A stretch of 64,000 nt of DNA from Coleofasciculus sp. B1-GNL1-01 (lineage in GTDB: Bacteria; Cyanobacteriota; Cyanobacteriia; Cyanobacteriales; Coleofasciculaceae). The position numbers and the translations under genes are program-made. Positions 10,503 through 21,370 of this stretch are shown in pieces. Each line of letters opens with the position of its first letter. Position 1 is the stretch's first letter. Below the pieces are notes generated by a model. The model searched no databases and had not been told where the DNA came from. It saw only the letters and a program-made list of their open reading frames with translations. Where the stretch lies: NCBI GenBank assembly GCA_040220235.1, contig JAVJTO010000081.1; one strand, written 5' to 3'.

Positions 10503-10731
10503 GCCAACATGTCATCTTGACAAAAGCCATGTAAACGTGACACGATAACATGTGATGACAACAGAAAAGACCAGACGATTGAAACAGTTGCGTCAAGATA
10601 GGGCGTGGCTGGCTGGTCTTTCCTTCTCAGTGTCTCATCTTAATCAAAGATCCGCCGAAAAAATCCCAAGTGACCGAAATTCATCGCGTCGCCACGGATA
10701 TTGCTGCCATCAATCAACAGGGTAAGCCATC

Positions 10732-11091
10732 ATGACACCTTTATTTCGCCGCCTCCAACCCGCCCAGAAATTCCGGATCAGCCCCAGCAGTATCGCCCGA
10801 CTCCTGAAAATCCCTAAACATTTGATTGTGCGTGTGGAATCTTGGGCATATATTGTTTTTGTCCATCGCCGCGACAAAGGTGGACAATTCATCAGCTATC
10901 GCCAATTACGCCAATGGTTTAACGCCATCGCCTGTCAAATTCAACACTGTACCACCTGCCAACAACTACAGCAATTGTGGCTGGCGATTGAACGCGATCG
11001 CAAAATCCACAACCAGCAATACAATCACCAAGATGCCGAGTTATTGTACAATTTTTGGACAAGGTGCTGGCATACACTAGGGCATCAGTAG
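10732..11091 (+). CDS. Hypothetical protein, divergent from the XRE regulator
   Basis: 119-aa ORF with ATG start; [14 protein letters not shown] core. Confidence 0.65.
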   Translation: MTPLFRRLQPAQKFRISPSSIARLLKIPKHLIVRVESWAYIVFVHRRDKGGQFISYRQLRQWFNAIACQIQHCTTCQQLQQLWLAIERDRKIHNQQYNHQDAELLYNFWTRCWHTLGHQ

Positions 11092-11096
11092 TAGAC

Positions 11097-14000
11097 ATGA
11101 CTTCTAATCAAGGGTGGCAATTTTGGATTGATCGCGGCGGCACATTTACCGACATTGTGGCGCGTCGCCCCGATGGACAATTGGTAATTCACAAACTCCT
11201 CTCAGAAAACCCCGATCGCTACACCGATGCACCAGTACAGGGAATTCGCGAAGTGATGGGACTTTCCGCTGATGCAGCGATTCCCACCGAACAGATTGAC
11301 GCCGTGAAAATGGGGACAACCGTAGCCACGAATGCCTTACTAGAGAGAAAAGGCGATCGCACCGTTTTAATGATCACCAAAGGCTTCCGCGATGCCCTCC
11401 GCATCGGCTATCAAAACCGCCCCAATATATTTGCCCGTGAGATTATCTTACCAGAAATGCTTTACGAACGGGTGATTGAAGTCGAGGAACGCTACAGCGC
11501 CCACGGAGATGAATTAATTCCGGTGCAGATAGACGCCACTCGCCAAGCCTTACAAGCCGCTTATGATAACGGAATTCGCAGTTGTGCGATCGTCTTAATG
11601 CATGGCTATCGCTATCCGGGGCACGAACAGGAACTTGCCAACTTAGCGAGTGCGATCGGATTTACTCAAATCTCAGTTTCCCATGACGTCACACCCTTGA
11701 TGAAAATAGTTAGTCGGGGTGACACCACTGTTGTTGATGCCTATTTATCTCCCATTCTGCGGCGGTATGTTAACCAAGTTTCCAGTCAATTAGCCGGAGA
11801 AATCAACAATCAACAATCAACAATCAACAATCAACAATCGATCCGATTAATGTTCATGCAGTCCAACGGTGGACTCACAGACGCCCGCACATTTCAGGGA
11901 AAAGACAGTATTTTATCTGGTCCAACAGGAGGTATTGTTGGCGCAGTACAAACCAGTCAATTAGCCGGATTTGATCAGATTATTAGTTTTGATATGGGCG
12001 GAACCTCTACCGATGTCGCCCATTACAACGGCGAATACGAACGCACCTTTGAAACCGAGATTGCGGGCGTTAGATTACGTACCCCGATGATGTCCATTCA
12101 TACCGTAGCGGCGGGTGGCGGTTCAATCGTGAAATTTGATGGGGCGCGGTATCGAGTCGGACCCGAATCGGCGGGGGCAAATCCGGGTCCGGCTGCTTAT
12201 TCCAAGGGGGGTCCGTTAACCGTAACCGATTGCAATGTCATGGTGGGGAAATTGCAGCCGGAGTTCTTTCCTAAAGTGTTTGGACTTGATGGCAATTTAC
12301 CCTTAAATGACCAGGTAGTGCGAGATAAATTTAGTCAATTGGCGGCAGATATTGGGGATAAGCGAACACCCGAAGCCGTCGCCGCCGGATTTTTAGCCAT
12401 TGCCGTCGAAAAAATGGCAAATGCGATCAAGAAAATCTCCTTACAACGAGGCTATGACGTATCCAACTATACCTTGTGTTGCTTTGGCGGCGCTGGCGGA
12501 CAACACGCCTGCTTAATTGCTGATGCTTTGGGGATGAAACAGGTATTTCTTCATCCTTATGCGGGGGTATTATCGGCTTACGGGATGGGATTGGCAGATG
12601 TGCGAACCTTGCGGGAACGTTCGGTAGAAGCCAAATTAACGGAGGAATTACTGTCGGTAGGGACACCAGATATTGCTCCCTTGGAGGAAATATTCACCGA
12701 GTTAATAGCCAGCGGCAAAGAAGAAATTGCCACGACTCAGATAGGAGAATCCACGCCAATTGATAGTCAAGTCATCCGCAAAGTGCATTTGAAATATCAG
12801 GGGACAGACTCACCCTTAATTATCGATTTCGGTAGCGTGGCTGAAATGCGACAGCAATTTGAGGAAGCGCATCGGCAACGTTATGGGTTTATTGTGGAAG
12901 AAAAAGCCCTAATTGTGGACTCGGTATCGGTAGAAGTAATCCAGCCGATGGATGTGCCAGAAGAACCCGTGATTCAGCGTCAACGTTCAGAACCGCCGCA
13001 ACCTGTAGCCAAGGTGCAGATGTATACTGCCGATGCATGGTACGAAACCCCTGTATTTAAGCGAGACGATTTACAGCCTGGAGACTCTATTCCCGCACCT
13101 GCATTAATTATTGAAACAACGGGAACCAATGTCATTGAACCGGGTTGGCAAGCTGAAGTAACCGAACGGAATCATTTAATTTTAAAGAAAACCCAACAAT
13201 CAAAAGTCAACAATCAACCATCAACAATTGACAATCAACAAACAAACCTTTCCCAGCCTGATCCGGTAACGCTAGAAATCTTTAATAATCTTTTCCGTTC
13301 CATTGCCGAACAAATGGGAACCACACTGCAAAACACCAGTTATTCGGTAAATATCAAAGAACGGTTAGACTTCTCCTGTGCTATTTTTGACGGACAAGGA
13401 CAACTCGTTGCCAATGCCCCTCATATCCCTGTACATTTGGGTTCCATGAGTGAAAGCGTTCGCAGTTTAATTGAGGCGTATGGCGATAGTCTCAAACCGG
13501 GAGATGTTTATGCGATTAATAATCCCTATAACGGTGGGACACACTTACCTGATGTCACGGTAATTACCCCAGTTTTTCTGGACGAAAGCGGGATTACCGA
13601 TACTGTTGATCAAACGAGCAAATCTTCGACAAAATCCACTCCTACATCCTCCCCGTCCCCAAATCAACCCCCCTTAAAAAGGGGGGCGAGGGGGGATCAA
13701 AATTCGTCACCCTTATTCTACGTCGCCTCCCGGGGACACCATGCGGACATTGGCGGAATTACTCCCGGTTCGATGCCACCGGATAGCACAACCGTAGACG
13801 AAGAAGGAGTATTACTTGATAATTTTAAGGTAGTAGAATCCGGACGTTTCCGAGAAAAAGAATTATCCGAATTACTCCTATCTGGCACCTATCCGGTGCG
13901 AAATATCACCCAAAATATCGCCGACTTACAAGCACAAATTGCTGCCAATGAAAAAGGTGTGCAAGAGTTGCGGCGGATGGTGAAACAGTCGGGATTAGAC

Positions 14001-14903
14001 ACCGTACAAGCTTATATGGGACACGTCCAGAATAATGCCGAAGAGTCGGTGCGGCGTGTCATTGATGTGCTGAAAGATGGCAATTTTACCTATAAATTAG
14101 ATACAGGCGGGCAGATTCAAGTTGCCATTGGCATTGACCGAGAAAATCGCCGCGCCACGATTGATTTTACTGGGACATCGGCACAGTTATCCAATAACTT
14201 TAATGCCCCGGCTGCGGTGTGTAAAGCGGCGGTTCTCTATGTCTTCCGGACGTTAGTGGATGATGATATTCCATTGAATGCTGGATGTCTCAAACCCCTA
14301 GATATTATTATTCCCGAAGGCTGTCTATTAAATCCCCGTTATCCGGCGGCGGTTGTGGCGGGGAATGTGGAAACATCCCAGGTGATTACCGATGCGCTAT
14401 ATGGGGCGTTGGGGGTAATGGCTGCATCTCAGGGAACAATGAATAATTTTACCTTTGGTAATGAAAATTATCAATATTATGAAACCATTTGTGGCGGTTC
14501 CGGTGCTGGGGTAGAGTTTAATGGGGCAGATGCAGTACATACCCACATGACCAATTCTCGTTTAACCGACCCAGAAGTTTTAGAATGGAGGTTTCCGGTG
14601 ATATTAGAACAGTTTGGCATTCGTGGAAATAGTGGTGGAAAGGGGAAGCAGTGTGGGGGGAATGGTGTGATTCGGCGGATGCGGTTTTTGCAACCGATGA
14701 CAGCCGCAATTTTATCCGGACATCGAGTTGTTGCACCCTTTGGATTACAGGGGGGAGAAGCGGGTGCTGTGGGGAAGAATTATGTGGAACGTCAGGATGG
14801 AACGATTGAGGAATTAGGAAATACGGCGGTTGTGGAAATGGAGGCGAGAGATGTGTTTGTGATTGAGACGCCTGGGGGTGGAGGATTTGGTAGTTCTGAA
14901 TGA
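11097..14903 (+). CDS. oplA: 5-oxoprolinase (fused hydantoinase A/B)
   Basis: [54 protein letters not shown] and ETPGGGGFG motifs. Confidence 0.92.
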   Translation: MTSNQGWQFWIDRGGTFTDIVARRPDGQLVIHKLLSENPDRYTDAPVQGIREVMGLSADAAIPTEQIDAVKMGTTVATNALLERKGDRTVLMITKGFRDALRIGYQNRPNIFAREIILPEMLYERVIEVEERYSAHGDELIPVQIDATRQALQAAYDNGIRSCAIVLMHGYRYPGHEQELANLASAIGFTQISVSHDVTPLMKIVSRGDTTVVDAYLSPILRRYVNQVSSQLAGEINNQQSTINNQQSIRLMFMQSNGGLTDARTFQGKDSILSGPTGGIVGAVQTSQLAGFDQIISFDMGGTSTDVAHYNGEYERTFETEIAGVRLRTPMMSIHTVAAGGGSIVKFDGARYRVGPESAGANPGPAAYSKGGPLTVTDCNVMVGKLQPEFFPKVFGLDGNLPLNDQVVRDKFSQLAADIGDKRTPEAVAAGFLAIAVEKMANAIKKISLQRGYDVSNYTLCCFGGAGGQHACLIADALGMKQVFLHPYAGVLSAYGMGLADVRTLRERSVEAKLTEELLSVGTPDIAPLEEIFTELIASGKEEIATTQIGESTPIDSQVIRKVHLKYQGTDSPLIIDFGSVAEMRQQFEEAHRQRYGFIVEEKALIVDSVSVEVIQPMDVPEEPVIQRQRSEPPQPVAKVQMYTADAWYETPVFKRDDLQPGDSIPAPALIIETTGTNVIEPGWQAEVTERNHLILKKTQQSKVNNQPSTIDNQQTNLSQPDPVTLEIFNNLFRSIAEQMGTTLQNTSYSVNIKERLDFSCAIFDGQGQLVANAPHIPVHLGSMSESVRSLIEAYGDSLKPGDVYAINNPYNGGTHLPDVTVITPVFLDESGITDTVDQTSKSSTKSTPTSSPSPNQPPLKRGARGDQNSSPLFYVASRGHHADIGGITPGSMPPDSTTVDEEGVLLDNFKVVESGRFREKELSELLLSGTYPVRNITQNIADLQAQIAANEKGVQELRRMVKQSGLDTVQAYMGHVQNNAEESVRRVIDVLKDGNFTYKLDTGGQIQVAIGIDRENRRATIDFTGTSAQLSNNFNAPAAVCKAAVLYVFRTLVDDDIPLNAGCLKPLDIIIPEGCLLNPRYPAAVVAGNVETSQVITDALYGALGVMAASQGTMNNFTFGNENYQYYETICGGSGAGVEFNGADAVHTHMTNSRLTDPEVLEWRFPVILEQFGIRGNSGGKGKQCGGNGVIRRMRFLQPMTAAILSGHRVVAPFGLQGGEAGAVGKNYVERQDGTIEELGNTAVVEMEARDVFVIETPGGGGFGSSE

Positions 14904-14997
14904 ACCGGAAAGTGTAGGGGCGCACGTCAGTACATTGGTGTCAACTTAAGGTTAAAAGCTTTCTGTGTGAAATGTTGAATCTCGTTACCTTGAAAAT

Positions 14998-15071
14998 AAC
15001 CCCCCTTAATCCCCCCTTGCTAAGGGGGGAAATGTTCCCTCCCCTTTGTAAGGGGAGGGTTAGGGTGGGGT
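14998..15071. repeat. C/G-run hairpin repeats (CCCCCCTTGCTAAGGGGGG; CCCTCCCCTTTGTAAGGGGAGGG)
   Basis: Two adjacent hairpins between convergent genes; family also at 13668, 22642 and 42766. Confidence 0.7.
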
Positions 15072-15091
15072 TGTTTTGGGGAGGACAAAAT

Positions 15092-15694
15092 TCAGTTCAA
15101 ATTGCCATAAAAGGCGTACTCTGCTTCGGATCCAGACACATTCAAACGCCAACTATCAAATTGTTCAGAACTCATACATTTATTTCCCGTACTCTGTAAG
15201 ATGAGTTTGAACCGGGTATTATCAGTTATTCCCGGAGCAAAAATCCCATTACCAGAAACTTTTCCCTCAGCGCGGTATTCTTTGTAAAGGTCTACTTGCC
15301 CTTCCAATTGACTACCGAGGGAACTGCGAAAATGAGTCACAGTTTGGGGATAGGAGAAGGACAGATTTCCGGTTCGCCCTTGGTCATCAGTGAACTGGAA
15401 ATTCCACTTTTTGCCATTAGTTGATCGTGATATTGTATAGGGAGGTGATGGTTTGCCTAGTCCTTCAATAAGGCTTGCCCCAGCAGGAGTCATGTAAAGT
15501 TCAGCTTGGGGGGCAAATTGGAGTTCATTGAAGGTTTTGAGTTCGTAGTCTCCGACATCTTGCGAGTATTGCTCCCAGGTTCCTGCATCGACGCAACAGG
15601 CGCAGGCTGATGCTGGCTGCGGTTGCGGTGCAAATAGGTAAGTTAGGATAGCGAACGTTACCAGTAGAATGGCGTAGATTAAATTTCGTCTCAT
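15092..15694 (-). CDS. Secreted hypothetical protein (ACACC motif after signal peptide)
   Basis: Signal-like N-terminus and Cys cluster. Confidence 0.65.
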   Translation of the reverse strand: MRRNLIYAILLVTFAILTYLFAPQPQPASACACCVDAGTWEQYSQDVGDYELKTFNELQFAPQAELYMTPAGASLIEGLGKPSPPYTISRSTNGKKWNFQFTDDQGRTGNLSFSYPQTVTHFRSSLGSQLEGQVDLYKEYRAEGKVSGNGIFAPGITDNTRFKLILQSTGNKCMSSEQFDSWRLNVSGSEAEYAFYGNLN

Positions 15695-16034
15695 CCGATA
15701 TTCAACCTCTAATTTGACAATAGAGCTAAAATAAAGGCTGAAAAGATTTAGGTCAACCCACCTCAGAGGGAGAGGGGGAAATTAAAAGTGGTATAGGTTT
15801 GAGTCAAATTTGAGCCAGTTTTCGTGTAAAATAGCTGCGATTGTAACTGGGATGATAATTCAGGTTTGTCGGAAACTGATCATCTTAAAAAGAGAACAGA
15901 TTGTTCCTATTCAGTTAGGGCGCATGTCTTTGCGCCCCTACGAGGAACATTGAAAGGTTACCTGAGGATTTTCCTTGATATGAGATAATCAGTCTTTTGT
16001 CATGAGCAAGCCTTTTGTAGTAGGCGAGTTCGTA

Positions 16035-16463
16035 TTACTCGATCCCAAAATCGTCCTCAGTTCCCGCTTCCAAATCGGACTCCCTGTCTATAAAATCGTC
16101 CTCAGTTCCCGCTTCCAAATCAGTCATAGCATCCCAGGTTTGATTCCCAATGATGCCATCTCCAAATAAGCCTCGATCCTCTTGGAAGGTTCTAACGGCT
16201 TCACGAGTTCTTTCACCATAAACGCCGTCAATTGCGCCATTATAATACCCTTGCTCTTTTAAGAAGCTTTGCACATCGGCAACGGTTTCTCCCGTATTAC
16301 CATAGCCTAGTGTGGGTGCTGTAGTGTCATATTCCTCTAGATCAGTAGCAGCCTCAGGGACTTGTGCGTTTATGGGGGCGCTAGCTAAACCGACAGAGGC
16401 TAGAGACATCACAGACACCACACCGACAGATACAAAACTGGATGGGAAAATTCTGGTACTCAT
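16035..16463 (-). CDS. Peptidoglycan-binding domain protein
   Basis: GETVADVQSFL...YYNGAIDGVYGERTREAVRTFQ...DGIIGNQTW; acidic tail encoded by a 30-bp direct repeat (16047-16076, 16092-16121). Confidence 0.85.
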   Translation of the reverse strand: MSTRIFPSSFVSVGVVSVMSLASVGLASAPINAQVPEAATDLEEYDTTAPTLGYGNTGETVADVQSFLKEQGYYNGAIDGVYGERTREAVRTFQEDRGLFGDGIIGNQTWDAMTDLEAGTEDDFIDRESDLEAGTEDDFGIE

Positions 16464-16854
16464 AATTATAATCTCCTTACAAAATGAATTTTTTAACGTT
16501 TTGGGTCTTATCTAGTCAGTCTCGATGAATCTTGAACAGAAATTAGGCTGGAAAAATTGCCTCATCAAATAAAACTTGTTAAACCTGTCCCAACAATTTA
16601 ACTGACTATACTTTTAATCTATATAAAATCTTGAGAAGTAACATTGATCTTAAGTCAGACTTATAATTTACTCCTTTTGAATCCTAAGTAAGGAGCAAGA
16701 TAGTGTTAAAACTAACCTAAAGGAAGATGCTTTATTATCAAGGCAAAGGTACTAAGTAGGTGGACACAATTAAGGTTAACGGTTGAGATTAGGGAACTAA
16801 TAATATTTTGAGTTGAGGCAAGGCAGAGGGCAGAAAGCAGAAGTACAGATAATT

Positions 16855-17742
16855 TTAGTCTTTTGATATTTGTGGTTCAGGATTAGATTTGAGTTGAAGA
16901 AAATGTCGAATCCTTTGCTGATAGTCTTTGCCAGCTACAGTAGCCACATTATCATGATCCGCATCAGGAACCAGGAAGAGTTGTTTTGAACCTGTTATAG
17001 TATCAAATAAAACTTGGCTCATGTAAGCAGGTACAACGGGGTCATCTGTGCCGTGAATTAAAAGAATCGGCATTTTAAGAGCAGGAACTTTGCTTTTCGA
17101 GTTAAACTTTTGCGTCAGCAGCAAATCAGCCGGAAATAACCCATAGATTCCTTGATGATCGACCATATCCCGCATTGAGGTAAATGTACTTTCCAAAATC
17201 AAACCCTGAATGCTGGGATTTTTCACCGCTAAATCGATCGCGATCGCGCCCCCTAGAGATTGACCATAGACGACAATATTCTGGGGCGGAATACCCTGTT
17301 GCTGCACCAGATAATCCCACGCCGCTTGAGCATCTTGGTACACTTGGGTTTCAGTGGGAAACTTGCCCTCACTTTGACCATAGCCTCGGTAATCAAATAA
17401 CAAGACATCCAAACCCAATTGGTGAAATTCCATTGCCCGTTCGATATTCGCGCCAATATTCTCCCCATTTCCATGTAAATACAGCAGTACCCCGGTTTTG
17501 GGCGAGGTGGCGGGAATCCACCACCCATGGAGACGTTCTGGCTGATCAGAAGTTACAGGTATCCACACCTCCTGATAACTTAAGCCCAAGTCTTCTGGTG
17601 TAGTTTTAATGGTCTTAGTGGGAACAAAAACTAGGCGATTTTGCCCTAACCAGATAGAGATACAGGCTAACAGATAAATGATGGCGACAATTCCCGCTAG
17701 AATTAGGAACCTCTTTCCCAGCAATAAAATATAATTATTCAT
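16855..17742 (-). CDS. Alpha/beta hydrolase (BEM46/ABHD13-like)
   Basis: LYLHGNG, DYRGYGQSEG, YGQSLGG, IHGTDD and ADHDN motifs; N-terminal TM helix. Confidence 0.88.
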   Translation of the reverse strand: MNNYILLLGKRFLILAGIVAIIYLLACISIWLGQNRLVFVPTKTIKTTPEDLGLSYQEVWIPVTSDQPERLHGWWIPATSPKTGVLLYLHGNGENIGANIERAMEFHQLGLDVLLFDYRGYGQSEGKFPTETQVYQDAQAAWDYLVQQQGIPPQNIVVYGQSLGGAIAIDLAVKNPSIQGLILESTFTSMRDMVDHQGIYGLFPADLLLTQKFNSKSKVPALKMPILLIHGTDDPVVPAYMSQVLFDTITGSKQLFLVPDADHDNVATVAGKDYQQRIRHFLQLKSNPEPQISKD

Positions 17743-17928
17743 TCCCGTAATACTCTCCCAGGGCAAATCAAAGCGTTAAACGACTACAAACTTGATGCTG
17801 TTTTTGACTCACCTTGTTTTCCAATTAGGGCGGGTTGAGTCAAGTTATCAGTTTTCTCGATAATGTTATCGGTCAAACCCGCCCCTACAAATTATATCTC
17901 CTTGCCCCTGCACCTCTGCCTCCCTGCA

Positions 17929-17956
17929 CCCAGACGTGCCATGGCACGTCTCTACA
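17929..17956. repeat. REP-like palindrome AGACGTGCCATGGCACGTCTCTAC
   Basis: Palindrome ending in CTAC, just past the gatA stop; same family in the TrmJ-like gene and at 59601-59632. Confidence 0.8.
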
Positions 17957-17960
17957 TGTT

Positions 17961-19418
17961 CTATTTAAGCGGTGGTTGTTTGAGATGCCAATCCGTAGAC
18001 TGTTCGTAAGCGTAAGCGACTTGAAATACCTGTTCTTCGCCCAATACTTTCCCAATTAGTTGCATCCCAATGGGTAATCCTTGGTCATCAAATCCACAAG
18101 GAATACTCATTCCTGGTAATCCTGACAAGTTTACGGGAATTGTCATTAAGTCCGATAAGTACATAGTTAACGGATCTGAGATTTTTTCTCCGGCTTTAAA
18201 TGGAGGAGTTGGGGCGGTGGGACAAACTAAAACATCTACCTTTTCAAAGGCTTGCTCGAAGTCTTGCTTAATTAGGGTACGAACTTTTTGCGCTTTAAGA
18301 TAATAAGCGTCATAATAGCCAGCGGATAGAGCATAGGTTCCCAACATAATCCGGCGCTTGACTTCCGCCCCGAACCCGGCTGCACGAGTTTTCTTGTACA
18401 TTTCTAAAAGATTTTCGGCTTCCGGCGTGCGAAACCCATACTTGACGCCATCGTAGCGAGCGAGGTTGGCTGAGGCTTCACTGGGAGCAATAATATAGTA
18501 GGCGGGCAATCCATAGCGAAATCGGGGACAAGAAATTTCTTGTACTTCAGCACCTAGGCTTTTGAGCTGATCAATGGCTTGTTGAACGGTTTGGGCAATG
18601 ACAGGATCTAAGCCTTCACCAAAGGTTTCTTTAATAATGCCAATTTTGAGACCTTTGGATTTTAAATCAGGTTGCAGGGATTGGGTGTAGTCGGGAATCT
18701 CCAGCTTGAGACTGGTTGAGTCATTTGGATCATAGCCTGCGATCGCGTTAAGTAAAATAGCCGCATCTTCTACGCTTCGTCCAAACGGACCAATTTGATC
18801 CAACGACGATGCATAAGCGACTAAACCATAACGAGACACTAACCCATAGGTGGGTTTCATGCCAACAATCCCGCAGAATGATGCAGGTAGACGAATTGAA
18901 CCCCCTGTATCCGAACCGATCGCAACCACACATTCGCTAGCCGCAACCGCCGTAGCCGAACCCCCAGAGGAACCCCCAGGGACGCGGGACAAGTCCCATG
19001 GATTCGCTGTCTGTTGATAGCCAGAGGTTTCGCAGGAACTCCCCATAGCAAATTCATCCAAATTAGTTTTGCCCACCATGACAGCCCCCGCATCCTTAAG
19101 TTTTTGAGTCACGGTAGACTCATAAGGTGGGACGAAGTTTTCCAGGATGCGAGAGGCGCAGGTAGTGGGAATACCTTGAGTACACATATTATCTTTGATG
19201 CCAATCGGAATCCCCGCCAACATGCCGATTTCTTCCCCCGCTGCGATTTTGGCATCCACTTGACGCGCCTGTTCAAGGGCATAGTCGGCTGTAATATGCA
19301 AAAAGCTATGGATTTTCGGTTCTAGCGCCTGAATGCGATTGAGGGCGTCTTGCGTGATTTCAACACTGGTGCGTTCTTTGTCGATAAGTTGTTGGTGCAG
19401 CTCACGAATGGATGCCAT
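17961..19418 (-). CDS. gatA: Asp/Glu-tRNA amidotransferase subunit A
   Basis: [32 protein letters not shown] and [22 protein letters not shown] motifs. Confidence 0.97.
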   Translation of the reverse strand: MASIRELHQQLIDKERTSVEITQDALNRIQALEPKIHSFLHITADYALEQARQVDAKIAAGEEIGMLAGIPIGIKDNMCTQGIPTTCASRILENFVPPYESTVTQKLKDAGAVMVGKTNLDEFAMGSSCETSGYQQTANPWDLSRVPGGSSGGSATAVAASECVVAIGSDTGGSIRLPASFCGIVGMKPTYGLVSRYGLVAYASSLDQIGPFGRSVEDAAILLNAIAGYDPNDSTSLKLEIPDYTQSLQPDLKSKGLKIGIIKETFGEGLDPVIAQTVQQAIDQLKSLGAEVQEISCPRFRYGLPAYYIIAPSEASANLARYDGVKYGFRTPEAENLLEMYKKTRAAGFGAEVKRRIMLGTYALSAGYYDAYYLKAQKVRTLIKQDFEQAFEKVDVLVCPTAPTPPFKAGEKISDPLTMYLSDLMTIPVNLSGLPGMSIPCGFDDQGLPIGMQLIGKVLGEEQVFQVAYAYEQSTDWHLKQPPLK

Positions 19419-19480
19419 GCTTGTACCTATTTATATTGATTTACCATGTTTGCCTTTCGTATTTTGGCAAAAATTCACCG

Positions 19481-19545
19481 AAAAAGGGGTTTGGTGACAA
19501 AAAGGGGTTTGGAAACCAAACAGGGTTTGGAGACCAAACCCCTAC
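19481..19545. repeat. Degenerate 18-bp tandem REP-like array (GGGTTTGG core) overlapping the DUF4359 stop codon
   Basis: Three GGGTTTGG units then CCAAACCCCTAC. Confidence 0.65.
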
Positions 19546-19940
19546 TGCTGTTGCGCCTGATAGGTCAAAAATTGTTGCAAAACTCCCACCGTTTCAAAAT
19601 GGTAAGCGGGCAATAAGGGGCTGATGTTAATATCGGTGCGGTAAATGCTGAAAATTACCCAGTTTTGTCGTTCAGTCTGCTGGTCAATAATTTGCTGGAT
19701 TTGGGGACGTCCCGTATCCACGAGGGATTGGCATTGACGCTTGAGGAATTCTGGATCAGGATTGAGAAACTCTAATTGCTTGGGGGTTTGAGTGCAAACT
19801 TCATCTTTGAGGTAGGTGCTGAGTTTTTCAACGGCGTACTCCTCATAAGCCTCCTTACCCGGATTCATCCATGCCAATCCAACTCCTAGCACAACTAGCG
19901 CGGTTCCACCCAATGCTGTAATAATTTTTAACGATTTCAT
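19542..19940 (-). CDS. DUF4359-like protein
   Basis: N-terminal TM, NP...YEEYA, QTERQNWVIFSIYRT and FETVGVLQQF. Confidence 0.75.
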   Translation of the reverse strand: MKSLKIITALGGTALVVLGVGLAWMNPGKEAYEEYAVEKLSTYLKDEVCTQTPKQLEFLNPDPEFLKRQCQSLVDTGRPQIQQIIDQQTERQNWVIFSIYRTDINISPLLPAYHFETVGVLQQFLTYQAQQQ

Positions 19941-20017
19941 GCCACTCCGTTAAGCCTCCATGGGTTATGACTTTCGCCTCTAACGTATGAGTTCCGGTAA
20001 ATTGCCAAGAAATACTG

Positions 20018-20045
20018 TTGCAACTCACCGACTTGATGCTATACT
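20018..20045 (+). promoter_or_regulatory. Sigma70-type promoter of tRNA-His
   Basis: TTGCAA, 16-bp spacer, then TG-extended TATACT ending 13 bp upstream of the tRNA. Confidence 0.55.
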
Positions 20046-20057
20046 AAAAAACTGTAT

Positions 20058-20131
20058 GGCGAGCGTAGCCAAGGGGTTAAGGCAGTGGATTGTGGTTCCA
20101 CCATTCGTGGGTTCGAGTCCCATCGTTCGCC
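20058..20131 (+). tRNA. trnH: tRNA-His (GUG)
   Basis: Acceptor stem GCGAGCG/CGTTCGC with G-1 and C discriminator; anticodon arm GTGGA-TTGTGGT-TCCAC; T-loop GTTCGAG. CCA is not encoded. Confidence 0.97.
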
Positions 20132-20371
20132 CTTAAATTAAAATCATCTCAGTCCTGATGTACGATACTTATCGTTAAGCTTGATCCTGTAAGGGTTTAA
20201 GCGACGATAGGTTCAACGCTTATAAAAATTTCTGCTTCGATGGCTGAAGCTCCATAATAGCTCCCATCCTTGGTGTGCGTTAAGCGAAGCCATGCCGCAG
20301 GCTTTGCATCTTGCTCGCTACCTATACCCAATTTAAACGCGAAATAATACCATTAAATCCAGATTTTGTCA

Positions 20372-20410
20372 AGAAAATGCCCCGTTCTCTCTTCCAGAGT
20401 AAGAACGAGG
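20372..20410 (-). terminator. Putative intrinsic terminator downstream of the DUF4278 gene
   Basis: Minus-strand hairpin CCTCGTTCT...AGAACGGGG followed by CATTTTCTT. Confidence 0.5.
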
Positions 20411-20555
20411 AAATTGGGAGTGGCAAGGAATCACCAAAATCAATTTAAGAACTTAGCTATTCCGCTAATCAGCAATGTAAGTGGGAAAACAATGATACAC
20501 TTCTATCCCTGTTTATTTTAAAATAGCTAAGTCAACATGTTGTTCTTTTTAGAAA

Positions 20556-20813
20556 TTAAGCTTGTGCTTTTATAGGTTGAACAAATACATGGGAAATATT
20601 GTATTTGCACCCCAAAAATTGTACGGTATGCTTACCTTTATCTTCAGGAACACCTCGATAAACCAATCCTGATTTATCCTGGGGGGCTAAATTCATCGCT
20701 GTCCGGTGAACCATATAGTAACCTCCCCGGAATTTTGCGACCTCACCTGTGTCAACAATTTTAAATTGAACAGGCTTTTTTTCGTAAGAGACACCGCGAT
20801 AGCAAAACTTCAT
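20556..20813 (-). CDS. DUF4278-family small protein
   Basis: MKFCYRGVSY, KFRG..Y and LVYRGV repeats. Confidence 0.8.
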   Translation of the reverse strand: MKFCYRGVSYEKKPVQFKIVDTGEVAKFRGGYYMVHRTAMNLAPQDKSGLVYRGVPEDKGKHTVQFLGCKYNISHVFVQPIKAQA

Positions 20814-20923
20814 TGGTTCTTATTGAATTCATAAACTTTTATCTATCATATACAGCTAACAATTTCTCAGCAAGTATTCCACCCCTGTTTTTGTTCACAA
20901 TTCATTTAAAGGGGGTGGGGTGG

Positions 20924-21209
20924 TTATATCGGTTCAAACTGTGCGATCGCGGCTTGAACAACCACAGCACAAGCTTCATACTGTGCCAAGTTTCCCTTTA
21001 AGCTCAACGTAGTTGTCTGTCGTTCCCACTCATATCCCAGTTCAACACCGATTGGATCAGGGAGTACATGCACAGTTACGCCTGTGTCTAGTCAACCGGA
21101 TGTGGCGACAGATTGTTGCTGATAGAGCAGGGTGATGGGTAAATATGGACGAAAGCCAGCTTCACCGAGTTACCACATCAGCACAGATAAAAGGATATCG
21201 CTGGGCGTT
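20924..21209 (-). pseudogene. Retropepsin-like aspartic protease pseudogene
   Basis: Hand translation: NAQRYPFI.../frameshift/LGEAGFRPYLPITLLYQQQSVATSG*LDTGVTVHVLPDPIGVELGYEWERQTT... with an LDTG motif, an in-frame TGA and an early stop. Confidence 0.7.
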
Positions 21210-21311
21210 AAGCTGTCATGCATTTAAATTGGGAATGGGTAGCGAGCAAGATGCTCGCACTGAACGTGATTTCGCCATTATTGACATTAAGGTTTAAATG
21301 CCGAACAGCAG
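21209..21311. mobile_element. MITE-like element at the 5' end of the protease pseudogene
   Basis: Imperfect terminal IR GCTGT..GCATTTAAA / TTTAAATGC..ACAGC; internal GCGAGCAAGATGCTCGC palindrome; partial inverted copy near 20305-20340. Confidence 0.55.
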
Positions 21312-21370
21312 TTTATCGGGTAGCGGAATTAGAGAATATCTATTAATGTATAATATCTTATTGACTCACT

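Noticed and set aside
20813..20925. Glutamine (glnA-type) riboswitch upstream of the DUF4278 gene
   Set aside because: A CCACCCC/GGGGTGG stem exists, but I could not recognise the conserved riboswitch core; a covariance-model search is needed.
20924..21200. Structured ncRNA (HEARO/omega-like, 6S-like or hammerhead)
   Set aside because: The region translates as a decayed LDTG protease gene, which explains it better; the motif matches were partial.
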